Positions 26,671 through 39,900 of a stretch of DNA of 64,000 nt are shown here, piece by piece. The notes under the pieces are model-generated. The model saw nothing but the letters and a program-made list of their open reading frames with translations, did no database searches and was not told the origin of the DNA. The number at the start of each line of letters is the position of its first letter. Positions within the stretch are counted from its first letter, which is position 1. This DNA is from the human T2T-CHM13v2.0 reference genome, Homo sapiens: assembly GCF_009914755.1 (NCBI RefSeq), contig NC_060931.1, one strand, 5' to 3'. The position numbers and the translations under genes are program-made.

Positions 26671-29600
26671 ATTCTCAGTAACTTCTTTGTGCTGTGTGTA
26701 TTCAACTCACAGAGTGGAACGTCCCTTTGCACAGAGCAGATTTGAAACACTCTTTTTGTGGAGTTTGCAAGTGGAGATTTCAAGCGATTTGATGCCAACA
26801 GTAGAAAAGGAAATATCTTCAAATAAAAACTAGACAGAATCATTCTCAGAAACTACTTTGTGATGTGTGCCTTCAACTCACAGAGTTCAACCTTTCTTTT
26901 CTTAGAGCAGTTTAGAAACACTCTGCTTGTTATGTCTGCAAGTGGATATTTGGACCTCTTTGAGGCCTTCGTTGCAAACGGGGTTTCTTCCTTTCATGCT
27001 AGACTAAGAAGAGTTCTCAGTAACTTTTTTGTGTTGTGTGTATTCAACTCACAGAGTTGAACCTTGCTTTAGAGAGAGCAGATTTGAAACACTCTTGCTG
27101 TGGCATTTTCAGGTGGAGATTTCAAGCGATTTGAGGACAATTGCAGAAAAGGAAATATCTTCGTATAATAACCAGACAGAATCATTCTCAGAAAGTGCTT
27201 TGTGATGTGTGCGTTCAACTCACAGAGTTTAACCTTTCTTTTCATAGAGGAGTTTGGAAACACACTGTTTGTAAAGTCTGCAAGTGGATACATGGACCTG
27301 TTTGAGGCCTTCGTTGGAAACGGGATTTCTTCATTGAATGCTAGACGGAAGAATTCTCAGTAAATTCTTTGTGTTGTGTGCATTCAACTCACAGAGTGGA
27401 ACGTCCCTTTAGACAGAGCAGATTTGAAACACTCTTTTTGCGGAATTTGCAAGTGGAGATTTCTAGCCATTTGATGCCAACAGTAGAAAGGGAAATATCT
27501 TCAAATAAAAACCAGACAGAATCATTCTCAGAAAATTCTTTGTGATGTGTGCGTTCAACTCACATAGTTTAACCTTTCTTTTCATAGAGCAGTTTGGAAA
27601 CACTCTGTTTGTAAAGTCTGCAAGTGGATATATGGACCGCATTGAGGCCTTCGTTGGAAACGGGATTTCTTCATTTCATGCTAGACAGAAGAATTCTCAG
27701 TAACTTCTTTGTGCCGTGTGTATTCAACTCACAGAGTGGAACGTCCCTTTGCACAGAGCAGATTTGAAACACTCTTTTTGTGGAGTTTGCAAGTGGAGAT
27801 TTCAAGCGATTTGATGCCAACAGTAGAAAAGGAAATATCTTCAAATAAAAACTAGACAGAATCATTCTCAGAAACTACTTTGTGATGTGTGCCTTCAACT
27901 CACAGAGTTCAACCTTTCTTTTCTTAGAGCAGTTTAGAAACACTCTGCTTGTTATGTCTGCAAGTGGATATTTGGACCTCTTTGAGGCCTTCGTTGCAAA
28001 CGGGGTTTCTTCCTTTCATGCTAGACTAAGAAGAGTTCTCAGTAACTTTTTTGTGTTGTGTGTATTCAACTCACAGAGTTGAACCTTGCTTTAGAGAGAG
28101 CAGATTTGAAACACTCTTGCTGTGGCATTTTCAGGTGGAGATTTCAAGCGATTTGAGGACAATTGCAGAAAAGGAAATATCTTCGTATAATAACCAGACA
28201 GAATCATTCTCAGAAAGTGCTTTGTGATGTGTGCGTTCAACTCACAGAGTTTAACCTTTCTTTTCATAGAGGAGTTTGGAAACACACTGTTTGTAAAGTC
28301 TGCAAGTGGATACATGGACCTGTTTGAGGCCTTCGTTGGAAACGGGATTTCTTCATTGAATGCTAGACGGAAGAATTCTCAGTAAATTCTTTGTGTTGTG
28401 TGCATTCAACTCACAGAGTGGAACGTCCCTTTAGACACAGCAGATTTGAAACACTCTTTTTGCGGAATTTGCAAGTGGAGATTTCTAGCCATTTGATGCC
28501 AACAGTAGAAAGGGAAATATCTTCAAATAAAAACTAGACAGAATCATTCTCAGCAAATTCTTTGTGATGTGTGCGTTCAACTCACATAGTTTAACCTTTC
28601 TTTTCATAGAGCAGTTTGGAAACACTCTGTTTGTAAAGTCTGCAAGTGGATATATGGACCGCATTGAGGCCTTCGTTGGAAACGGGATTTCTTCATTTCA
28701 TGCTAGACAGAAGAATTCTCAGTAACTTCTTTGTGCTGTGTGTATTCAACTCACAGAGTGGAACGTCCCTTTGCACAGAGCAGATTTGAAACACTCTTTT
28801 TGTGGAGTTTGCAAGTGGAGATTTCAAGCGATTTGATGCCAACAGTAGAAAAGGAAATATCTTCAAATAAAAACTAGACAGAATCATTCTCAGAAACTAC
28901 TTTGTGATGTGTGCCTTCAACTCACAGAGTTCAACCTTTCTTTTCTTAGAGCAGTTTAGAAACACTCTGCTTGTTATGTCTGCAAGTGGATATTTGGACC
29001 TCTTTGAGGCCTTCGTTGCAAACGGGGTTTCTTCCTTTCATGCTAGACTAAGAAGAGTTCTCAGTAACTTTTTTGTGTTGTGTGTATTCAACTCACAGAG
29101 TTGAACCTTGCTTTAGAGAGAGCAGATTTGAAACACTCTTGCTGTGGCATTTTCAGGTGGAGATTTCAAGCGATTTGAGGACAATTGCAGAAAAGGAAAT
29201 ATCTTCGTATAATAACCAGACAGAATCATTCTCAGAAAGTGCTTTGTGATGTGTGCGTTCAACTCACAGAGTTTAACCTTTCTTTTCATAGAGGAGTTTG
29301 GAAACACACTGTTTGTAAAGTCTGCAAGTGGATACATGGACCTGTTTGAGGCCTTCGTTGGAAACGGGATTTCTTCATTGAATGCTAGACGGAAGAATTC
29401 TCAGTAAATTCTTTGTGTTGTGTGCATTCAACTCACAGAGTGGAACGTCCCTTTAGACAGAGCAGATTTGAAACACTCTTTTTGCGGAATTTGCAAGTGG
29501 AGATTTCTAGCCATTTGATGCCAACAGTAGAAAGGGAAATATCTTCAAATAAAAACCAGACAGAATCATTCTCAGAAAATTCTTTGTGATGTGTGCGTTC

Positions 29601-32600
29601 AACTCACATAGTTTAACCTTTCTTTTCATAGAGCAGTTTGGAAACACTCTGTTTGTAAAGTCTGCAAGTGGATATATGGACCGCATTGAGGCCTTCGTTG
29701 GAAACGGGATTTCTTCATTTCATGCTAGACAGAAGAATTCTCAGTAACTTCTTTGTGCTGTGTGTATTCAACTCACAGAGTGGAACGTCCCTTTGCACAG
29801 AGCAGATTTGAAACACTCTTTTTGTGGAGTTTGCAAGTGGAGATTTCAAGCGATTTGATGCCAACAGTAGAAAAGGAAATATCTTCAAATAAAAACTAGA
29901 CAGAATCATTCTCAGAAACTACTTTGTGATGTGTGCCTTCAACTCACAGAGTTTAACCTTTCTTTTCTTAGAGCAGTTTAGAAACACTCTGCTTGTTATG
30001 TCTGCAAGTGGATATTTGGACCTCTTTGAGGCCTTCGTTGCAAACGGGGTTTCTTCCTTTCATGCTAGACTAAGAAGAGTTCTCAGTAACTTTTTTGTGT
30101 TGTGTGTATTCAACTCACAGAGTTGAACCTTGCTTTAGAGAGAGCAGATTTGAAACACTCTTGCTGTGGCATTTTCAGGTGGAGATTTCAAGCGATTTGA
30201 GGACAATTGCAGAAAAGGAAATATCTTCGTATAATAACCAGACAGAATCATTCTCAGAAAGTGCTTTGTGATGTGTGCGTTCAACTCACAGAGTTTAACC
30301 TTTCTTTTCATAGAGGAGTTTGGAAACACACTGTTTGTAAAGTCTGCAAGTGGATACATGGACCTGTTTGAGGCCTTCGTTGGAAACGGGATTTCTTCAT
30401 TGAATGCTAGACGGAAGAATTCTCAGTAAATTCTTTGTGTTGTGTGCATTCAACTCACAGAGTGGAACGTCCCTTTAGACAGAGCAGATTTGAAACACTC
30501 TTTTTGCGGAATTTGCAAGTGGAGATTTCTAGCCATTTGATGCCAACAGTAGAAAGGGAAATATCTTCAAATAAAAACCAGACAGAATCATTCTCAGAAA
30601 ATTCTTTGTGATGTGTGCGTTCAACTCACATAGTTTAACCTTTCTTTTCATAGAGCAGTTTGGAAACACTCTGTTTGTAAAGTCTGCAAGTGGATATATG
30701 GACCGCATTGAGGCCTTCGTTGGAAACGGGATTTCTTCATTTCATGCTAGACAGAAGAATTCTCAGTAACTTCTTTGTGCTGTGTGTATTCAACTCACAG
30801 AGTGGAACGTCCCTTTGCACAGAGCAGATTTGAAACACTCTTTTTGTGGAGTTTGCAAGTGGAGATTTCAAGCGATTTGATGCCAACAGTAGAAAAGGAA
30901 ATATCTTCAAATAAAAACTAGACAGAATCATTCTCAGAAACTACTTTGTGATGTGTGCCTTCAACTCACAGAGTTCAACCTTTCTTTTCTTAGAGCAGTT
31001 TAGAAACACTCTGCTTGTTATGTCTGCAAGTGGATATTTGGACCTCTTTGAGGCCTTCGTTGCAAACGGGGTTTCTTCCTTTCATGCTAGACTAAGAAGA
31101 GTTCTCAGTAACTTTTTTGTGTTGTGTGTATTCAACTCACAGAGTTGAACCTTGCTTTAGAGAGAGCAGATTTGAAACACTCTTGCTGTGGCATTTTCAG
31201 GTGGAGATTTCAAGCGATTTGAGGACAATTGCAGAAAAGGAAATATCTTCGTATAATAACCAGACAGAATCATTCTCAGAAAGTGCTTTGTGATGTGTGC
31301 GTTCAACTCACAGAGTTTAACCTTTCTTTTCATAGAGGAGTTTGGAAACACACTGTTTGTAAAGTCTGCAAGTGGATACATGGACCTGTTTGAGGCCTTC
31401 GTTGGAAACGGGATTTCTTCATTGAATGCTAGACGGAAGAATTCTCAGTAAATTCTTTGTGTTGTGTGCATTCAACTCACAGAGTGGAACGTCCCTTTAG
31501 ACAGAGCAGATTTGAAACACTCTTTTTGCGGAATTTGCAAGTGGAGATTTCTAGCCATTTGATGCCAACAGTAGAAAGGGAAATATCTTCAAATAAAAAC
31601 CAGACAGAATCATTCTCAGAAAATTCTTTGTGATGTGTGCGTTCAACTCACATAGTTTAACCTTTCTTTTCATAGAGCAGTTTGGAAACACTCTGTTTGT
31701 AAAGTCTGCAAGTGGATATATGGACCGCATTGAGGCCTTCGTTGGAAACGGGATTTCTTCATTTCATGCTAGACAGAAGAATTCTCAGTAACTTCTTTGT
31801 GCCGTGTGTATTCAACTCACAGAGTGGAACGTCCCTTTGCACAGAGCAGATTTGAAACACTCTTTTTGTGGAGTTTGCAAGTGGAGATTTCAAGCGATTT
31901 GATGCCAACAGTAGAAAAGGAAATATCTTCAAATAAAAACTAGACAGAATCATTCTCAGAAACTACTTTGTGATGTGTGCCTTCAACTCACAGAGTTCAA
32001 CCTTTCTTTTCTTAGAGCAGTTTAGAAACACTCTGCTTGTTATGTCTGCAAGTGGATATTTGGACCTCTTTGAGGCCTTCGTTGCAAACGGGGTTTCTTC
32101 CTTTCATGCTAGACTAAGAAGAGTTCTCAGTAACTTTTTTGTGTTGTGTGTATTCAACTCACAGAGTTGAACCTTGCTTTAGAGAGAGCAGATTTGAAAC
32201 ACTCTTGCTGTGGCATTTTCAGGTGGAGATTTCAAGCGATTTGAGGACAATTGCAGAAAAGGAAATATCTTCGTATAATAACCAGACAGAATCATTCTCA
32301 GAAAGTGCTTTGTGATGTGTGCGTTCAACTCACAGAGTTTAACCTTTCTTTTCATAGAGGAGTTTGGAAACACACTGTTTGTAAAGTCTGCAAGTGGATA
32401 CATGGACCTGTTTGAGGCCTTCGTTGGAAACGGGATTTCTTCATTGAATGCTAGACGGAAGAATTCTCAGTAAATTCTTTGTGTTGTGTGCATTCAACTC
32501 ACAGAGTGGAACGTCCCTTTAGACACAGCAGATTTGAAACACTCTTTTTGCGGAATTTGCAAGTGGAGATTTCTAGCCATTTGATGCCAACAGTAGAAAG

Positions 32601-33994
32601 GGAAATATCTTCAAATAAAAACTAGACAGAATCATTCTCAGCAAATTCTTTGTGATGTGTGCGTTCAACTCACATAGTTTAACCTTTCTTTTCATAGAGC
32701 AGTTTGGAAACACTCTGTTTGTAAAGTCTGCAAGTGGATATATGGACCGCATTGAGGCCTTCGTTGGAAACGGGATTTCTTCATTTCATGCTAGACAGAA
32801 GAATTCTCAGTAACTTCTTTGTGCTGTGTGTATTCAACTCACAGAGTGGAACGTCCCTTTGCACAGAGCAGATTTGAAACACTCTTTTTGTGGAGTTTGC
32901 AAGTGGAGATTTCAAGCGATTTGATGCCAACAGTAGAAAAGGAAATATCTTCAAATAAAAACTAGACAGAATCATTCTCAGAAACTACTTTGTGATGTGT
33001 GCCTTCAACTCACAGAGTTCAACCTTTCTTTTCTTAGAGCAGTTTAGAAACACTCTGCTTGTTATGTCTGCAAGTGGATATTTGGACCTCTTTGAGGCCT
33101 TCGTTGCAAACGGGGTTTCTTCCTTTCATGCTAGACTAAGAAGAGTTCTCAGTAACTTTTTTGTGTTGTGTGTATTCAACTCACAGAGTTGAACCTTGCT
33201 TTAGAGAGAGCAGATTTGAAACACTCTTGCTGTGGCATTTTCAGGTGGAGATTTCAAGCGATTTGAGGACAATTGCAGAAAAGGAAATATCTTCGTATAA
33301 TAACCAGACAGAATCATTCTCAGAAAGTGCTTTGTGATGTGTGCGTTCAACTCACAGAGTTTAACCTTTCTTTTCATAGAGGAGTTTGGAAACACACTGT
33401 TTGTAAAGTCTGCAAGTGGATACATGGACCTGTTTGAGGCCTTCGTTGGAAACGGGATTTCTTCATTGAATGCTAGACGGAAGAATTCTCAGTAAATTCT
33501 TTGTGTTGTGTGCATTCAACTCACAGAGTGGAACGTCCCTTTAGACAGAGCAGATTTGAAACACTCTTTTTGCGGAATTTGCAAGTGGAGATTTCTAGCC
33601 ATTTGATGCCAACAGTAGAAAGGGAAATATCTTCAAATAAAAACCAGACAGAATCATTCTCAGAAAATTCTTTGTGATGTGTGCGTTCAACTCACATAGT
33701 TTAACCTTTCTTTTCATAGAGCAGTTTGGAAACACTCTGTTTGTAAAGTCTGCAAGTGGATATATGGACCGCATTGAGGCCTTCGTTGGAAACGGGATTT
33801 CTTCATTTCATGCTAGACAGAAGAATTCTCAGTAACTTCTTTGTGCTGTGTGTATTCAACTCACAGAGTGGAACGTCCCTTTGCACAGAGCAGATTTGAA
33901 ACACTCTTTTTGTGGAGTTTGCAAGTGGAGATTTCAAGCGATTTGATGCCAACAGTAGAAAAGGAAATATCTTCAAATAAAAACTAGACAGAAT
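24797..33994 (+). repeat. 4-HOR (4,088-bp) tandem super-repeat, about 2.3 copies
   Basis: The order of HOR variant signatures repeats at +4,088; the triple-marker HOR appears at 28438 and 32526. Confidence 0.75.
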
Positions 33995-36900
33995 CATTCT
34001 CAGAAACTACTTTGTGATGTGTGCCTTCAACTCACAGAGTTTAACCTTTCTTTTCTTAGAGCAGTTTAGAAACACTCTGCTTGTTATGTCTGCAAGTGGA
34101 TATTTGGACCTCTTTGAGGCCTTCGTTGCAAACGGGTTTTCTTCCTTTCATGCTAGACTAAGAAGAGTTCTCAGTAACTTTTTTGTGTTGTGTGTATTCA
34201 ACTCACAGAGTTGAACCTTGCTTTAGAGAGAGCAGATTTGAAACACTCTTGCTGTGGCATTTTCAGGTGGAGATTTCAAGCGATTTGAGGACAATTGCAG
34301 AAAAGGAAATATCTTCGTATAATAACCAGACAGAATCATTCTCAGAAAGTGCTTTGTGATGTGTGCGTTCAACTCACAGAGTTTAACCTTTCTTTTCATA
34401 GAGGAGTTTGGAAACACACTGTTTGTAAAGTCTGCAAGTGGATACATGGACCTGTTTGAGGCCTTCGTTGGAAACGGGATTTCTTCATTGAATGCTAGAC
34501 GGAAGAATTCTCAGTAAATTCTTTGTGTTGTGTGCATTCAACTCACAGAGTGGAACGTCCCTTTAGACAGAGCAGATTTGAAACACTCTTTTTGCGGAAT
34601 TTGCAAGTGGAGATTTCTAGCCATTTGATGCCAACAGTAGAAAGGGAAATATCTTCAAATAAAAACCAGACAGAATCATTCTCAGAAAATTCTTTGTGAT
34701 GTGTGCGTTCAACTCACATAGTTTAACCTTTCTTTTCATAGAGCAGTTTGGAAACACTCTGTTTGTAAAGTCTGCAAGTGGATATATGGACCGCATTGAG
34801 GCCTTCGTTGGAAACGGGATTTCTTCATTTCATGCTAGACAGAAGAATTCTCAGTAACTTCTTTGTGCTGTGTGTATTCAACTCACAGAGTGGAACGTCC
34901 CTTTGCACAGAGCAGATTTGAAACACTCTTTTTGTGGAGTTTGCAAGTGGAGATTTCAAGCGATTTGATGCCAACAGTAGAAAAGGAAATATCTTCAAAT
35001 AAAAACTAGACAGAATCATTCTCAGAAACTACTTTGTGATGTGTGCCTTCAACTCACAGAGTTTAACCTTTCTTTTCTTAGAGCAGTTTAGAAACACTCT
35101 GCTTGTTATGTCTGCAAGTGGATATTTGGACCTCTTTGAGGCCTTCGTTGCAAACGGGTTTTCTTCCTTTCATGCTAGACTAAGAAGAGTTCTCAGTAAC
35201 TTTTTTGTGTTGTGGGTATTCAACTCACAGAGTTGAACCTTGCTTTAGAGAGAGCAGATTTGAAACACTGTTGCTGTTGCATTTTCAGCTGGAGATTTCA
35301 AGCGATTTGAGGACAATTGCAGAAAAGGAAATATCTTCGTATAATAACCAGACAGAATCATTCTCAGAAAGTGCTTTGTGATGTGTGCGTTCAACTCACA
35401 GAGTTTAACCTTTCTTTTCATAGAGGAGTTTGGAAACACACTGTTTGTAAAGACTGCAAGTGGATACATGGACCTGTTTGAGGCCTTCGTTGGAAACGGG
35501 ATTTCTTCATTGAATGCTAGACGGAAGAATTCTCAGTAAATTCTTTGTGTTGTGTGCATTCAACTCACAGAGTGGAACGTCCCTTTAGACAGAGCAGATT
35601 TGAAACACTCTTTTTGCGGAATTTGCAAGTGGAGATTTCTAGCCATTTGATGCCAACAGTAGAAAGGGAAATATCTTCAAATAAAAACCAGACAGAATCA
35701 TTCTCAGAAAATTCTTTGTGATGTGTGCGTTCAACTCACATAGTTTAACCTTTCTTTTCATAGAGCAGTTTGGAAACACTCTGTTTGTAAAGTCTGCAAG
35801 TGGATATATGGACCGCATTGAGGCCTTCGTTGGAAACGGGATTTCTTCATTTCATGCTAGACAGAAGAATTCTCAGTAACTTCTTTGTGCTGTGTGTATT
35901 CAACTCACAGAGTGGAACGTCCCTTTGCACAGAGCAGATTTGAAACACTCTTTTTGTGGAGTTTGCAAGTGGAGATTTCAAGCGATTTGATGCCAACAGT
36001 AGAAAAGGAAATATCTTCAAATAAAAACTAGACAGAATCATTCTCAGAAACTACTTTGTGATGTGTGCCTTCAACTCACAGAGTTTAACCTTTCTTTTCT
36101 TAGAGCAGTTTAGAAACACTCTGCTTGTTATGTCTGCAAGTGGATATTTGGACCTCTTTGAGGCCTTCGTTGCAAACGGGTTTTCTTCCTTTCATGCTAG
36201 ACTAAGAAGAGTTCTCAGTAACTTTTTTGTGTTGTGGGTATTCAACTCACAGAGTTGAACCTTGCTTTAGAGAGAGCAGATTTGAAACACTGTTGCTGTT
36301 GCATTTTCAGCTGGAGATTTCAAGCGATTTGAGGACAATTGCAGAAAAGGAAATATCTTCGTATAATAACCAGACAGAATCATTCTCAGAAAGTGCTTTG
36401 TGATGTGTGCGTTCAACTCACAGAGTTTAACCTTTCTTTTCATAGAGGAGTTTGGAAACACACTGTTTGTAAAGACTGCAAGTGGATACATGGACCTGTT
36501 TGAGGCCTTCGTTGGAAACGGGATTTCTTCATTGAATGCTAGACGGAAGAATTCTCAGTAAATTCTTTGTGTTGTGTGCATTCAACTCACAGAGTGGAAC
36601 GTCCCTTTAGACAGAGCAGATTTGAAACACTCTTTTTGCGGAATTTGCAAGTGGAGATTTCTAGCCATTTGATGCCAACAGTAGAAAGGGAAATATCTTC
36701 AAATAAAAACCAGACAGAATCATTCTCAGAAAATTCTTTGTGATGTGTGCGTTCAACTCACATAGTTTAACCTTTCTTTTCATAGAGCAGTTTGGAAACA
36801 CTCTGTTTGTAAAGTCTGCAAGTGGATATATGGACCGCATTGAGGCCTTCGTTGGAAACGGGATTTCTTCATTTCATGCTAGACAGAAGAATTCTCAGTA

Positions 36901-39900
36901 ACTTCTTTGTGCCGTGTGTATTCAACTCACAGAGTGGAACGTCCCTTTGCACAGAGCAGATTTGAAACACTCTTTTTGTGGAGTTTGCAAGTGGAGATTT
37001 CAAGCGATTTGATGCCAACAGTAGAAAAGGAAATATCTTCAAATAAAAACTAGACAGAATCATTCTCAGAAACTACTTTGTGATGTGTGCCTTCAACTCA
37101 CAGAGTTCAACCTTTCTTTTCTTAGAGCAGTTTAGAAACACTCTGCTTGTTATGTCTGCAAGTGGATATTTGGACCTCTTTGAGGCCTTCGTTGCAAACG
37201 GGGTTTCTTCCTTTCATGCTAGACTAAGAAGAGTTCTCAGTAACTTTTTTGTGTTGTGTGTATTCAACTCACAGAGTTGAACCTTGCTTTAGAGAGAGCA
37301 GATTTGAAACACTCTTGCTGTGGCATTTTCAGGTGGAGATTTCAAGCGATTTGAGGACAATTGCAGAAAAGGAAATATCTTCGTATAATAACCAGACAGA
37401 ATCATTCTCAGAAAGTGCTTTGTGATGTGTGCGTTCAACTCACAGAGTTTAACCTTTCTTTTCATAGAGGAGTTTGGAAACACACTGTTTGTAAAGTCTG
37501 CAAGTGGATACATGGACCTGTTTGAGGCCTTCGTTGGAAACGGGATTTCTTCATTGAATGCTAGACGGAAGAATTCTCAGTAAATTCTTTGTGTTGTGTG
37601 CATTCAACTCACAGAGTGGAACGTCCCTTTAGACAGAGCAGATTTGAAACACTCTTTTTGCGGAATTTGCAAGTGGAGATTTCTAGCCATTTGATGCCAA
37701 CAGTAGAAAGGGAAATATCTTCAAATAAAAACCAGACAGAATCATTCTCAGAAAATTCTTTGTGATGTGTGCGTTCAACTCACATAGTTTAACCTTTCTT
37801 TTCATAGAGCAGTTTGGAAACACTCTGTTTGTAAAGTCTGCAAGTGGATATATGGACCGCATTGAGGCCTTCGTTGGAAACGGGATTTCTTCATTTCATG
37901 CTAGACAGAAGAATTCTCAGTAACTTCTTTGTGCCGTGTGTATTCAACTCACAGAGTGGAACGTCCCTTTGCACAGAGCAGATTTGAAACACTCTTTTTG
38001 TGGAGTTTGCAAGTGGAGATTTCAAGCGATTTGATGCCAACAGTAGAAAAGGAAATATCTTCAAATAAAAACTAGACAGAATCATTCTCAGAAACTACTT
38101 TGTGATGTGTGCCTTCAACTCACAGAGTTCAACCTTTCTTTTCTTAGAGCAGTTTAGAAACACTCTGCTTGTTATGTCTGCAAGTGGATATTTGGACCTC
38201 TTTGAGGCCTTCGTTGCAAACGGGGTTTCTTCCTTTCATGCTAGACTAAGAAGAGTTCTCAGTAACTTTTTTGTGTTGTGTGTATTCAACTCACAGAGTT
38301 GAACCTTGCTTTAGAGAGAGCAGATTTGAAACACTCTTGCTGTGGCATTTTCAGGTGGAGATTTCAAGCGATTTGAGGACAATTGCAGAAAAGGAAATAT
38401 CTTCGTATAATAACCAGACAGAATCATTCTCAGAAAGTGCTTTGTGATGTGTGCGTTCAACTCACAGAGTTTAACCTTTCTTTTCATAGAGGAGTTTGGA
38501 AACACACTGTTTGTAAAGTCTGCAAGTGGATACATGGACCTGTTTGAGGCCTTCGTTGGAAACGGGATTTCTTCATTGAATGCTAGACGGAAGAATTCTC
38601 AGTAAATTCTTTGTGTTGTGTGCATTCAACTCACAGAGTGGAACGTCCCTTTAGACACAGCAGATTTGAAACACTCTTTTTGCGGAATTTGCAAGTGGAG
38701 ATTTCTAGCCATTTGATGCCAACAGTAGAAAGGGAAATATCTTCAAATAAAAACTAGACAGAATCATTCTCAGCAAATTCTTTGTGATGTGTGCGTTCAA
38801 CTCACATAGTTTAACCTTTCTTTTCATAGAGCAGTTTGGAAACACTCTGTTTGTAAAGTCTGCAAGTGGATATATGGACCGCATTGAGGCCTTCGTTGGA
38901 AACGGGATTTCTTCATTTCATGCTAGACAGAAGAATTCTCAGTAACTTCTTTGTGCTGTGTGTATTCAACTCACAGAGTGGAACGTCCCTTTGCACAGAG
39001 CAGATTTGAAACACTCTTTTTGTGGAGTTTGCAAGTGGAGATTTCAAGCGATTTGATGCCAACAGTAGAAAAGGAAATATCTTCAAATAAAAACTAGACA
39101 GAATCATTCTCAGAAACTACTTTGTGATGTGTGCCTTCAACTCACAGAGTTCAACCTTTCTTTTCTTAGAGCAGTTTAGAAACACTCTGCTTGTTATGTC
39201 TGCAAGTGGATATTTGGACCTCTTTGAGGCCTTCGTTGCAAACGGGGTTTCTTCCTTTCATGCTAGACTAAGAAGAGTTCTCAGTAACTTTTTTGTGTTG
39301 TGTGTATTCAACTCACAGAGTTGAACCTTGCTTTAGAGAGAGCAGATTTGAAACACTCTTGCTGTGGCATTTTCAGGTGGAGATTTCAAGCGATTTGAGG
39401 ACAATTGCAGAAAAGGAAATATCTTCGTATAATAACCAGACAGAATCATTCTCAGAAAGTGCTTTGTGATGTGTGCGTTCAACTCACAGAGTTTAACCTT
39501 TCTTTTCATAGAGGAGTTTGGAAACACACTGTTTGTAAAGTCTGCAAGTGGATACATGGACCTGTTTGAGGCCTTCGTTGGAAACGGGATTTCTTCATTG
39601 AATGCTAGACGGAAGAATTCTCAGTAAATTCTTTGTGTTGTGTGCATTCAACTCACAGAGTGGAACGTCCCTTTAGACAGAGCAGATTTGAAACACTCTT
39701 TTTGCGGAATTTGCAAGTGGAGATTTCTAGCCATTTGATGCCAACAGTAGAAAGGGAAATATCTTCAAATAAAAACCAGACAGAATCATTCTCAGAAAAT
39801 TCTTTGTGATGTGTGCGTTCAACTCACATAGTTTAACCTTTCTTTTCATAGAGCAGTTTGGAAACACTCTGTTTGTAAAGTCTGCAAGTGGATATATGGA

